Below, piece by piece: positions 1 through 12,460 of a stretch of 64,000 bases of DNA (within the stretch, counting starts at the first letter, position 1; the number at the start of each line of letters is the position of its first letter). This stretch comes from Isurus oxyrinchus (taxonomy: Eukaryota): the NCBI GenBank assembly GCA_026770705.1, contig JANJGN010000042.1, positions 992,001-1,056,000 on the forward strand, given 5' to 3'. The translations under genes were made by a program, and so were the position numbers. The notes beneath the pieces were generated by a model, which saw nothing but the letters and a program-made list of their open reading frames with translations, was not told where the DNA came from and made no database searches.

Positions 1-735
1 TCTGCCGTGGTTCTGGGAGGGGGAGAAGGGCTGAAAGCAGAATTGTGAACAATGGGACGGACATATCTCTGGGATCTGTCACACACGGTGAGGTGGAGGT
101 ACCGAACTGAAGAGATATGAAGAGATAACAGTCGCGCCAAACTGGTTGTTTGGAACTCCTGAACAGATGCAACAGAAATGGGGTGAAAATAAAACTGGGT
201 GAACTTAATGGATTCATTGCAGAAAAAAGGGGAAAATCAGAATTAAAGTCAAGATAGCTGATTGAGTTAATGGGTTTATAATCAATGTTGGTCGAAAATT
301 TATCCAAAGAAAAGGAACAAATTAAAGTCCAGGAAGGGAATGGAAAACCCAGAGTGGACCAAGCGATGATGTAGGGAGGGTGGAATTTGGAGACAAATGT
401 GATATATTTTCCGGTTCAGAATGTGAGCAGGAACCGGCACTGATACAGTCATCAATATGTCGGGGAAAGAGGTGAGGGTGGTGGCCTGGGTAAGACTGAA
501 ACAAAGAATGTCCCACAGATCACACAAATGGCAAAAATAGCCAAGACCAATTAGCAATCGCTAATATTTGAAAGAAATGATTGGAGTTAAAGAGGTTGTT
601 CAATCAGAGAAGCCGTTCACCCAGGGGGAGGGGTCGAGTGGTGGACGGCGACTGGTTGAGCCTTCATTCAATGAAGCGAGAGGAGAGCCCTCAGATGGTC
701 CTGGTGGGTGATGGGGGTGCAGAGGGTTTGGCTGT
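1..735 (-). mobile_element. Decayed fragment of the Penelope-like retroelement family (RT region), running off the window start
   Basis: Reverse complement aligns by eye with ~15750-16480 of the Penelope-like element, e.g. 1-60 vs the reverse complement of 16420-16480. Minus-strand ORF 300-557 ends 'SIPFLDF', matching 'SLPFLDL' of the intact copy. Confidence 0.75.
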
Positions 736-749
736 ATATTGTGATGGAC

Positions 750-1195
750 GTAACCATGCTGAACGAAACCTGTGTGCACTGAAAGTAACTGGAATTGTAA
801 CCACTTAATACACATTTACCGAACTTGTTCTGTCCACCATATGTATCAGTTTCATAATTGTTGAAGTGGATCTGTCCACACTGACAGTAACCATGCTGAA
901 CTAGACCTTTTGACACTGATAATGAACACCCGGGGCTGTATCTGGATAGGCCAGGACTGAATGTAGCTTTAGTGGATGAGACTTGTCTACGCTGAATTTA
1001 ACCACACTGTAGTGGACCTGATCTAGTCTGTATTCAACCTTTCTGGAGTGAACCGGACTGTTGTGAATGTAAGCCTGCTGTCCTGAACCTGTGCACAGAG
1101 AATGTGACTATGCTGAACTAGACGACTTTATATTAAATTGGAACACCGAAACAGGACCTGTGCTGACCGCATGTAAACGTGTTGAACAATACTTC
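750..1195. repeat. Highly degenerate ~35-bp minisatellite
   Basis: Recurring core gtaaccatgctgaac(tag)acctgtg at ~750, ~887 and ~1104, with weaker copies between. Confidence 0.5.
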
Positions 1196-1617
1196 TTCAC
1201 AATTAATACACCAACAGTTGTGCGACAATGATTATAAAGTCTCAGAGAGGTTTGCAACGACATTGCATGTGACGTGTGATCACATGGGCTGAATGTTGAT
1301 CAGGAGGGAGAAGTTTGCTGCGTTTTCCTTCAGGATTAGAATATTCAGTTTAGTTATAACTTGTTCTGAGACCAATAAATTCATCATAATCGGTTACAAC
1401 TAATCATTCCTCGTGTAGACTGCTCACTTTCGCAGTTGAAACTGTCTGCTGTTTAATTTTTCATTATTTTTACGAGGAATGTAACTGGGACTATACTATA
1501 CTCTCAGTTCTTCCCTGTGGACCTGGGTCTGTGCCCTTGAAAAACATTTCATTCCATCAAAACATAAACAATGTGTTTGTTTCAGTTAGTGTCATTAGTG
1601 AAAAAGATGAACTCGTC

Positions 1618-1652
1618 TAATTGTTTCCCTGGAGCCTGATATCAAGGATAAA
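1618..1652 (+). promoter_or_regulatory. Putative core promoter of GPCR paralog 1: homeodomain site + O/E(Ebf)-like site + degenerate TATA
   Basis: TAATTG 1618-1623, TTTCCCTGGAG 1624-1634, GATAAA 1647-1652 (57 nt before the ATG). The same module with the same spacing occurs in paralog 2. Confidence 0.55.
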
Positions 1653-1703
1653 TGTGACAATCTGTGAGTGCAGTGGAGAGCGCAACCGGAGTTTCTGATA
1701 GAA

Positions 1704-3946
1704 ATGCACTCATCACCAAAAGGTCTGCTGTTTGCCATTTACTATCCCTTCCTTGCAGCTATCGGAGTTCCAGGTAAAGAATTCCGGTTAACTATTAGTT
1801 ATAGAACTCATTGTTTAGCTCTGTGACTGTTATCATTTACAAATAATGCTTCTCCATCGGACCAATATCCTTTCTCCCATTTAAGCCAAATTATTCCAGT
1901 TAAATGATTTCTCCCATTTTGCAGTGCCATTTTTCAACCCTTTACCGTCATAGTATCTATACATTATCCATATAACTTGTCCTCAATAACAGTATATTAC
2001 TTTCACTTGACCAAGTAACATTTCATCCATTTAAGTTTATCCTTATTTACTGCAACCAACTCAAGGTGTAAATTTAATTGTTTTGTTGCTTCTGCTGTCA
2101 CTGTGGCTCCATTATCACACCGGTATCACAGTGAAAATTTGGTTCTATTGTGATTTGCCGCTGTCAAATCGCATGAGTTATCACACTGTAAATGTAGCTC
2201 TGTTGTTTTGTTGAAATGTTTACTGAATTATCACACTTTTACCCTGATGTGCATGTTGTTTCTTTTGCTGCAATATGAGTAATGGCCGTCTGTTAAAATT
2301 GTGTTGATTGTGTTCTACATTTTAATTAGACGGCGCCTCAATATATTTGCATAGCCAGCTTTTGACACACCAGCCACTCCTACAGCGCTTAAGTACTAGA
2401 GTAGAGCTTGAACCACAACCATCTGACTCAGGAGTGAGAATTCTGCTAAGTGAATCATGTTTTAAATATTGCCTGTATGTCCTTCTTTACTCGCAACCGT
2501 CAAGCTTTGTTACAATCTCTTCAATTAACTATCAATCAGCAGTCCCAGACTGTTCACTTTCCATGAAAACCAGCGTCCTTCCTTTAAATTAATAGCCGTT
2601 TCATGTATTGTGCACCCCAAGTGAAGCATTTTGCATTTCTCTGCATTGAATGTCATCTGCTGCCTTTATGACAAATTTCCTTAGTTTTAGTGTTTCTTGG
2701 ATTTGCTAAGGGCATGGTATTATCTTCTCTCATTTATACACGTTGAATGAGAGCATAAATGTTTGCATTTCCTGTAACTGAGTCAGGAAGTAGTGAGATG
2801 AATGCCCAATATAGAACTGAGCCCAGAATTAGCCCACAACTCAATACAGTGTTCTACGGAATGCTGCATTTTAGGAGGGATCTCTCTCTGAAGGAACAGG
2901 AAGGTCATCAACTGGAATTGCCAATTCTGGTCTCACTTCATATCTGCCTCCTGACTTCTGAGTATTTTCAGCTATTTCTCTTATATATTTGCTTCTGTAA
3001 GTTGCTTAATCAATGACTTTTTTGTCTATAATACAGCAAATTTGGCAGTGATTGTCATCCTGGGTCCGAGGAAGATGTGGGCTCTCCAGATGCATTACTT
3101 ACTACTTGGTATCCATGGCAGTGACAGATCTCCTGGTCATTGTAACAGCTGTGATATTAAACAGGATTGCCCGTATTTATTTCCCATTCAGCTTCCTCTC
3201 CATCATTCCAGTCTGTAGTCTCAGTTTTGTGCTAATTTATAGAGTCAGAGATTGCTCTGTCTGGGTAATTGTCGCTTTCACCTTCGATCGGTTTATGGCC
3301 ATTTGTTGCCAGAAGCGGAAAATAAAAAAACTGTACAGAGAAAACGGCGGCGGCGGTGATAGGAACTGTTTGTGTTCTATGCTGTTCTGTAAACACCCCC
3401 TGGTACTTTGTATATGAGCCTTCCTTTATCGTTAACAATACACCTTGGTTTTGTAATGCAAAATCCATATTTTACACATCGCCTATTTGGGCCGGATTTG
3501 ATTGGATTCTCATCATTTTAAGCCCCTGCCTCCCTTTCATTCTGATTTTACTGCTCAACCCTCTGACCGTCAGGCAAATTCTAGCAGCCAATCGATCCCG
3601 CAAGAGATTCCGGACCCACAGCAATGAAGAGAATCAGAGTGACCCGGAGATGGAGAAGTGGAAAAAGTCCATCATTTTGCTCATCTGTGTCTCGGCCAAT
3701 TTCATCCTGTTATATTCCTTATTTTTTATAACTATCTTCTACGTCAGAATTGCGAAGGTAACATATTCCTCAGGTTCTGATTCCAGTAACTCAACATTTA
3801 TTCTCGATGAAAGCGGAAATATGCTTCAGTTTTTGAGTTCCAGCATCAACCCATTTATTTATGCTGGGACCCAGAGTAAATTCAGAGAAGCGTTAAAGAA
3901 TAGGGTGAAATATCCCCTGACACTAATTGGCAAATTTTTTCATTAA
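1704..3946 (+). pseudogene. GPR139/GPR142-like class A GPCR, paralog 1 (exon 1 1704-1773, exon 2 3037-3946), two +1 frameshifts
   Basis: Exon 1 MHSSPKGLLFAIYYPFLAAIGVP, G|gtaaag donor at 1774, tacag acceptor ending 3036 (phase 1, giving ..GVP-ANL..). TM motifs YLVSMAVTDLLV, AFTFDRFMAICC, PCLPFILILLLN, NPFIY. Frameshifts at the G-run 3062-3064 and A7 run 3324-3330; no in-frame stops. Repaired length ~325 aa. Confidence 0.88.
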
Positions 3947-4299
3947 CCAAACCATTAAAGTCCAACATGATTTGGATCTTATAATCAATTCTTTTCTCTC
4001 TTTCTCCATGTCATGTACTGCCTCCCCTCCCAGCACCATTGTTACACGCTTAGAGATACATAGACTCTATATGAGGTAAGAATATGTAAGGAACGCTGCG
4101 CAGTTCAATTGTTCGTAAAATGTTACTTTTAAAATGTAATCAAGTCTGCAATTGGCAGTAAGTGGAAATTACTCTATATGTAGACTCTCTTTCTTGAAAG
4201 TTACACAGCTACTCACACTCCGATGTGAGTTCTGAGTAGTTAATTAGCTACCTTGTTGAATCTGGTAACTCTCACCCTAGTTCATTTGGTTATAAGTAC

Positions 4300-7200
4300 A
4301 GGGTTCCTTAGTGTAGCATTAGGAAACGGAGTGCAACTGTAGCAGTTGAGTGAAAACCTGAGAGCTTGGTGAGTGGGGTAATTCATTGAAGGAAGGGAAG
4401 TGGAGGGGTTCGGTTCCTTTTGTTTTATACCTGTCTGACAATGTAGAAACTCGTTCTCACCCTGTTGCAGGGAAAGGAGCCAGCTATCTTTTGAATATAT
4501 GTTAAATGGTTAAAGTAAATTCTATTCCTGAAGTTTAAAATAGAATACCAATTGGTGATAAACTTGATAACAATTTTTTTTAAAGTTTGAATGAAATAAT
4601 TCGTTAATTAATTTATACACATTATGGATGGCAGAGCAAGTGATGTTTCAAGGCTGCAGCATGTGGAAACTCCTGCATTCGAACTTTGGCTCAGGCTAAT
4701 TGTGCTGGTGGCTGAATTGCAGATGCTGTGAAGCATCGGGCAGGGGGGAATTTACCTGGATGCCTTGTCCCAGGAAGCATTCACATTACGAAGGATAGGG
4801 TCTATTGATTTAGGGTCTATTGATTTAGTCAGTGATCAGGGACAGGAGAGAGTGTTTCAGAGTGAGGAGGAAAGAGAAGCTAGGAGGAAGAAATGCAGGA
4901 GAATCAGCCTCTGTAATTACCCAAGAGGTTTGAGGTTCTCTCATCTTGTTTGGATGAGAAGAGAGTGGATGAGAAAACTGAGCATAGCGCCTTGGTGCAG
5001 GAAGCCATTCAAGTTGCTAGAGAATAAAATAATGTAGTGGTAGTAGGGAACAGTATAGTGAGGGCAATTGACACAGTTCTCTGCAGAAAAGAATGAGAGT
5101 CCAGACGACTGGTGCCAGTGTTTGGCACATCGGCTCAGGACTGGAGATGAACTAGCAGTGGAAGAGGCGTGGGCGTTGGGGGCAAATCCAGTTGACGTGT
5201 TCCATGTAGGTACCGACGACGTAGGTAGAAGCAGGAACAAAATTCTGCATTGAGAGTCTCAGGAGCTAGGCAGTAAATTAAAAAGCAGCAGCTCAAAGGT
5301 CTTAATCTCTGGATTATCCATCAAGGCTGGATGTTGCAAAGATAATAATACAAAACCAAAGGCTTTGCATCTATGTAACATTCGTAACAAGGTAACTGAT
5401 TCATCATGCATATTGAAGTAAATGCATACTATCTGATTGCTATTACAGGCGCGTGGCTGCAGGATGACAAGAATTGGGTCCTGAATATTGACATGCTCAT
5501 GGCATTCAAGAAGAGTGAGAAGTTAGGAAATGGTGGAGGGGTTGCACTGATGATCAAGGATGGCATTGGCGCAATTGTTAGTGATTACCTTGGTTCAGGA
5601 GATCAGGATGTGGAATCGGATTGCGTGGAGATGAAGAATAGTAACAGAAGAAGTCACTAGTGGGAGTGGTCTACAATCTTATAACGGTGACCACAATTTA
5701 AGACAAAATATACAAGAAGAAATGTTGTGTGCTTGTGATAAGGGGACAACAATAATCATGGTGAGTTTAAATAAATATAAATGGGAAAAATCTACCTGGC
5801 AGTAGTAGCTTGGATGAAGAGTTCACAGAATGCTTCTAAGGCAGTTTTTTTAAAGATGCACGTTCTGAAACCGACCAGAGAGCAATTGCATTAGACTGGG
5901 GTACAAGAAAAATACTGCAGAAGCTGGAAATCTGAAATAAATACAGAAAATGCTGGAAAAGCTCAGCAGGCCTGGCAGCATCTGTAGAGAGAGCAAGAGC
6001 GTTAAAGTTTTCAGTTTGTATGACTCTTCTCTGGCTCTGCAGAGGAGTCATTCATATTCGAAACTTTAACTCTTTTTCTAACTCCACAGATTCTGCAAGA
6101 CCTGCTGAGTTTTTCCAGCATTTTCTGCTTTTATTTAATATTAGATTTGATATTATGTAATGTGGCAGGATTAACAAAGGACTTCAGAGTTAAGGAATCC
6201 CTGTGTAGCATTGACCATAATTTGATTGACTTTTACATCCAGTTTGAAACTGAGAAGTTTGGGTCTAAGACTAGCATTTTAAAATGAAGCATGGGCAACG
6301 AGGTGGGCATGAAAGCTGAGCTAGCTGAAGTAAACTGGCATATCAGTATAAGGGATAGACAAGCATTGGAAGACATTTAAGGGGATACTTCAGAATACTC
6401 AGAATAAGTATATTCCTATGATGAAGAAAAATTCTAATGGGAGGACCTACCCATCCGTGGCTAAGTAAAAAAGTTAAGGGAAGCATCAAACTTAAGGAAA
6501 AAACATATCACTGCGCAAAGATGGGCAAATCAGCTGATTTGGTCAGAATATAAAGAATAGCAGAGACTGACTTAATTGTTAGTCAGGAAAAACAAATTAT
6601 AGAATGACAGGAAGCTAGCTAGAAATGTAAAGACGAACACCCCGCACCAAAAGTATTTAAGGTATTTGTGATGGAAAATAGTAAGTAAAGTGAGTGTTGG
6701 TCCTCCAGAGAATGAGGATGGCGAGTTAATAGTAGATAATAAGGAAATGGAGGATGGAATGAACAAATATTTTGCATCTGTCTTGGCTATAGAAGAATAA
6801 GTAAAATCATTGCAGTAAGAGCTGAAATCAGGAGGGAGAAGGGAGTGAGGAACTTGGTGAAATTGCAATCACTAACGAAGCGCTACTGAGCAAATTGGTG
6901 GAGCTGCAGGGTCCTCATGAACTTCATCCTATTGTCTTAAAAGAGATGGCTAATGAGGTACTGGATGCGTTGATGTTAGATTTCCAAAATTTCATAGATT
7001 CTGGAAAGGCTTAATCAGACTGGAAACACACAAATGTAAACCCTCTATTCAAGGGAGGGTTGCAGAAAACAGGAAACTATAGGCCAGTTAGCTTGACCTC
7101 TGTCGTTGGTAAGGCGCTAGAACCATTTATTAAAGGGGTTACAGTTGGGCACTTAGAAGAACTCAAGTTAACAGGGAAGAGTCAGGTTGGTTTTTGAAGG

Positions 7201-8470
7201 GCAGCCATGTTTAACCAATTTGTTATAGTTATTTGATGGACTAACGTGTGCTGTGGATAAAGGGGAACCTGTAGACTTTGTGTACTTGGGTTTCCAGAAG
7301 GCATTTGATAAGTTGCCACATCAAAGATTATTGTGGAAACAAGAAAAGCTCATGGTGTAGGGGGTAAAATATTAATCTGGATCCAAGATTGGCTGGCTGG
7401 CAGAAAACGGAGATTATGCATAAATTGGCCTTGGTCTGATTGGCAGGATGTGACTAGTGGGCCCCGCAAAGTTCTGTACTGTGGCCTTAACTTCGTACAA
7501 TTTACATCAATGACTTGGATTAGGGGAACGAAGGCATAGTATCGAAATGTACAGATGACACAAAGCTAGGCAGGAAACAATTTTGAAAATAAAAGATCAG
7601 CAGTTTGCAGAGGGACATAGGTAAGGTCAGTGAAGGGGCAGAAACCTGGCAGACGGAACATAATATGGGAAAATGTGAAGATGTTCACTTTGGCAGGAAG
7701 AATATGAAATCAAGTTATTACTTAACTAAGATCAGCTGCAGTATTCCAAGGCACAGAGGGATTTAGGTGTTCTAGTGCATGATTCACAGAAAATTAGTAT
7801 TCAGGTACATCAAGTAATTAAGAAAGCTAATAGAATGTTCTCCTTTACTTCAAGAGGAATTGATCATAAAAGTAAGGATGTTATGCTTCAATTATGCAGG
7901 ACATTGGTGACACCACATCTCGGAAACTGTGAAGTTTTGGTCTCCTTATTTATGTAAGGATGTAAATGCATTGGAGGCTGTTTAGATTATGTTTACCAGT
8001 TTGATAACTGGAAGGAGTGGGTTGTCTTATGAGAAGAGGTTGGGCAGGATGGGCTTGATTCCATTGGAGTTTAGAAGAGTGGCGGGTGATTTGATTGAAG
8101 TATACAAGATCCTGAATGAACTTGACAAGCTGGACGTGGAAATAATGTTCCCTCTTGTGCGTGAGTCCAGAACTAGGGGACACTGTTTTAAAATAAGTGT
8201 TCGCCCCTTTAGGACAGAGAAGAGCAGCATTTCCTTCGCTCAGATGGTAGTACAACTTTGGAACTCTGGATTGGAAGGCGATGGAGGTAGGGTCATTGAT
8301 TTTTTTTTAAGTAGGAGGTAGATAGTTTTTTTTAGACAAGAGAATCAAAGATTATCGGGGGCAGATGGGAATCTTGAATTCGAAACACAAACAGATCAGC
8401 CATGACCTTATCGATTGGCGGAGCTGTCTCGAGGGTCTGAATGCCTTCTCCTGCTCTTATTTGATACGTT
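4300..8470 (+). mobile_element. Near full-length decayed CR1 LINE (ORF1 zinc-finger/esterase, ORF2 APE endonuclease + RT)
   Basis: ORF1 remnants: CSMW near 4655 and VVVGNSIVR (GDSIVR-type esterase motif) near 5036. Endonuclease remnant GNGGGVALMIK. RT remnants AHGVGGKILIWIQDWL, LVTPHL, GLIPLEFRRVAGDLIEVYKILN. CR1-type 3' UTR ~8340-8470. Confidence 0.85.
5904..6139. mobile_element. Palindromic short element derived from the Penelope-like element 3' end, inserted in CR1
   Basis: Arm ~5936-6030 is the reverse complement of arm ~6041-6136. The right arm matches 17490-17588. Degenerate TSD attagactggggta (5890-5903) / attagatttgata (6140-6152). Confidence 0.75.
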
Positions 8471-9749
8471 GGCCTTTGGAGAAGGAGAGTCCGAATTGTA
8501 ATCTGCTATGGGGTTAACCGTTTAATAACGTAATACCAATATCCTTCTTGGGTAATATTTGGCCCTTGACGGTAGAATATACTTTGAAATGGAAATAAAT
8601 ATGGTCTTCACTCTTTGTTTCCTGTTCACGAGGCGTCATCCCACAGCCACGTTACTGTTTCAAAATACATGAAACAGGACTAGATAGTGGAGAAAAAATA
8701 AAACATTCGTTCAACTTTTATTCATTCAATTGGCCAATTGTGAGGAAATCCCCAGTGTCATCAACCGTTATCGAACGAATCCAAGAAAAGTTTCTCTTCT
8801 TTGGAAGGTTACAAATAATAAACAATCAAAACATAAAAAAGTTATCAAATGTAATGGTATTATTATCTTCACTGTCGGCTACGCTCTTAATTGTTTTTTT
8901 ATTTTGCAACCCTCATAACTGTGTAATGCAAGATCGATTACATTGCTGACTCGTCATAACAGTCTCCATCAATCATTTTACCCAGGTGCAAGGCAGGGCA
9001 ATTATCCCGAGCTCGAGACGTGTAGGAACCAGGGGCGCAAAATTAATCGGAAGGGTCCATTGGAGGCTGAGCATTGCTTTTACTTGGGCGCGATGAACAG
9101 CCAGCTTTTTCCTGTGTGGCCAGTCCAGCGTTACATGTATAGAAAGCGGAAAGCTGGCGTTCCATCTCCCTGCTCCGGGAGGCTTTGAATCGGTGTTTTC
9201 CTTTCGACACACAGTGATGCCAGCATTTTAAACTTGGACACGAGTGTCCAATTTAGGTTCATCTCTGTCTCTCTGAAATCTATAGGTGCGGAGATATAGA
9301 TTGGCCCCATAATGCGTGTGATGCCTGAATTGCAGGTGATGCAACTTTGTATAGTTTCTGCTTTTGCAAAGTGGCAAAACCTGGAGTATTTTTGGAGCAT
9401 CTGTGATGACTTTAGGAATTTCTCAGCGAGTTTTGTAGCAAACTCATAGGCCGTGCGGTGAGCATAGTGACTTGTCCACAAAGGTTGCAACAGATTTGGA
9501 GCTGAGGTTCCAGTGTATCTGGGTCTTCGGAACGGCAAGTGGGACGGAGAAGGAACTTCGGAGAAGGGAGTTTTGTGTCCAGACCGTTAGAAAATTGGAG
9601 ACAGACTGCTGAGTGACCCTTTACAATGTAAGAACATCAGTCGCTATCTTAGTCAATGAAGCCAATATCTTGGAATGCAAACAGCACTCCCCTATCTTCT
9701 GCTCCATTCCAATTACGACTCAACTGTGAACATTGGAGCAGGACTACAT

Positions 9750-10025
9750 CAGAACATGAGAATTAGGAGCAGGATTCAGCAATTTAGCACCTTGAGCCTG
9801 CCCCACCATGCGATACAATCATGGCTGATCTCATTTTGGCCTCAACTCCAATTTCCCGCCCTCTCCCTGTAAGCCTTCAACCCGTCACTAATTTAAATTT
9901 GTCTATCTCCTACTTAAATTTATTCAGCGTCCAGTCATCCACTGCACTCTGACGTAGTGTATTCTACAGGTTCACGGCCCTTTGAGAAAAATAATTCCAC
10001 TTCATTGCTGATTTAAATCTACCAA
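9750..10025 (-). mobile_element. CR1 3'-end fragment
   Basis: Reverse complement of the CR1 3' tail seen at 8200-8470 and 42105-42360 (e.g. aatcatggctgatctc, ctgtctatctc). Confidence 0.7.
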
Positions 10026-10911
10026 TTCTGGTGGAACACAGAGAGCAGAAAAGTGAATGGAACTTCAATGCCCATCAGCAAGAATGGCTCAATACCAATA
10101 TTGACTGAGCTGGCCAAGTCATGAAGGAGATATCTACCAGACCGGTCCCCCAGAAGGTGTTGAGAGAACACAAGGAGAAAACTTACTTGAGATGGAGCTC
10201 ATTACTCTACCTGGTACAGATCCATCTCCCACGTCAGTATTGGTGGTAGTGTCCACCGCACTTTCCTTTTGGATACAAAGACCTATCTTCAGACTGATGG
10301 CACCACCCATCGCGTTGTGTGGCTTAATCATCGTCCGTGATGAACTCAGAGCTATTAAGGACAATTGGCGATAGTTAGCATCACTTGCAATAACCTCAGT
10401 GTCCAAAATTCATCGGTCTCCGCTTGCAGGAGACAATTTTAACCAAACATGTGCTTTAATTTATGACTGTAAAATGTCTTAAAGTCCTTATCAGACACGT
10501 GAAACCAAGAAAAAAGGCTCATAAAATAAAACTGGCGGTAGAGTCTTCAGAATCTGGTTCTTGATGTCGGCCTGTTTAGAATGGTAGGAACAATATTTTA
10601 AAATTCAACACGCTACACCTACTGGATCTGCACGAACGAAGATGACGAGGTTGAAATAATGATTCTACTTTCATGTATCATTCTACAATGCTATTTAGTC
10701 ATCTGCTGAACCTGCAATTTTTCCTCAAATACTGCCCTTGCATTACACCAGCGAATACAGCTCAGAAGTGTTTCAGTAGTTCTAAAGCGTTTTTGGGGCA
10801 TCCTGGAGCATTGAACAGCGCTTTATAAACGCAAGTGTTTCTTTCTGTGAAAGAACAGAAAGTTGAAATTGTGAAACTTTGCTATAGTTATCAATCACTC
10901 GGAGTTGACGA

Positions 10912-11560
10912 CTGTGTGTGTACAAGTTTTGGTCTGCGCGGTGTGTGTGTTTATGTGTGGGTGTGCGTGTTTGTGTGCATAGGTGTTGTGTGTGCATGTG
11001 TGTCTTTGAGTGTACGTGCATTTCTGTATGTGTTTTGTGTGCTTATGTGTGTGTGTTGGGGGGTCGTAACGTGTCACGTGTGTTTGTGCATGTGCGTTTG
11101 TGTAGACATGTGTATGTTTTCGTGCGTCTGTGAATGTATCTGTTTGTGTGTGTGTGTTTTTGTTGTGTGTGTGTGTTTGTTTGCTTTGTGTGTGTGTGCT
11201 TATGTGTGTTTATTTCTGTGTGTGTGTGTTTGTGTGAGTATGTGTTGTGTGTGTATGGGCCTGCATTTATGTTTGCGTCCGTCTGTGAGTGTGTATGTTT
11301 GTTTGTGTATTTTGTATGTGTATGTGTATGTGTTTACCTGTAAGTGTGTGTCTGTGTATATATGTGCATGCGCGCCCGCACCACCTTTGTGTGTGTGTCT
11401 TGTGTGTGTGTGTATGTAAGCGTCCGTGTTATTTGTGTGCGTTTGTGAATTTGTCTTCTTGATTGTGTTTTGTGTGTGTTTGTTTTTTTGTGTTGTATAT
11501 CTGTATATGTTTCTTTGTGTTTGTGTGTGTGTGTGTTTGTGCGTGTGTGTGCTTCTTTGT
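10912..11560. repeat. Degenerate (GT)n microsatellite / low-complexity tract
   Basis: Directly visible tgtgtg-rich sequence over ~650 bp. Confidence 0.95.
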
Positions 11561-12284
11561 GCGCATCTGATTACGCCTTTCTGCTGTCCACCTCAGTCTC
11601 TCTCTCTCTCTAATGCTTATTCTCTCATTTGCTCTTTGTTTCCCTCCACTCGATCGATCACTCTCATGAAAGATCTACCGCTGTTGATGGTTAATTAACC
11701 CAGGATTGCTCCCTACACCATATTGCTCTGACACACCTCTAATAATTACATAGTCATGTCATGGATTGTTCAGCTTCAGTTCTACAATGGATAATTATTA
11801 GTTGTGATGTTAATTTTCCTGATGAACAAGATTATATTTTAAATAATGTTATAATACATCCGTATCCCTTGGTGTGGCTTCAGATAATCATGAGGAGATA
11901 AAACCAAAGGAGTAAATTTCGAAAAGGAGAATGCATATTTGTGATGTTTTATTTTAATAATCAGTGCAAAGTGCTGGAGAACTAATAAAGACAACTTAAT
12001 AAAGACTGAACTCACATTCCTCTCAAAACAGTAATGGTTTGTATTGCTGTTCAGTCACAAAATGAATAGTAAGTCAATGTTTTCTCAAAACAGTTTACAA
12101 AACAACAGTCTATAACACGCAGGAATGACTGGGGAGATTGACGCTCATGTCTATGGGATATAGAATGCTGACAGACACATAATAAAACCGGGTTATTTCC
12201 AATACAAGTCTGTAACTGGAGATATGTTTACATCCCTGTGTTCCCCTTTATCTGCAACGCATGTTGCTTCTTAAAAGAAAGCCA

Positions 12285-12460
12285 ATAAATTGGTCAGACA
12301 TGATTTCACACTCACAAAAATGCGCTGATTTTATCTAATTACCTTGAATTTGGCTCAGTGCCCTGCTACAACGCCTTTAATAATAGATTCTAACATTTTC
12401 CTATTACAGATGTTACACTAAATGGCCTGTAGATTCGTTTTTTACTGACAACTTTCCTTT
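12285..12460 (-). mobile_element. CR1 RT fragment
   Basis: Reverse complement matches the CR1 'NYRPVSLTSVVGK..SQHGF..SCLTN' region (compare 7075-7220). Confidence 0.6.

Noticed and set aside
10782-11698. Val/Cys-rich and His/Thr-rich ORFs
   Set aside because: Translations of the (GT)n tract.
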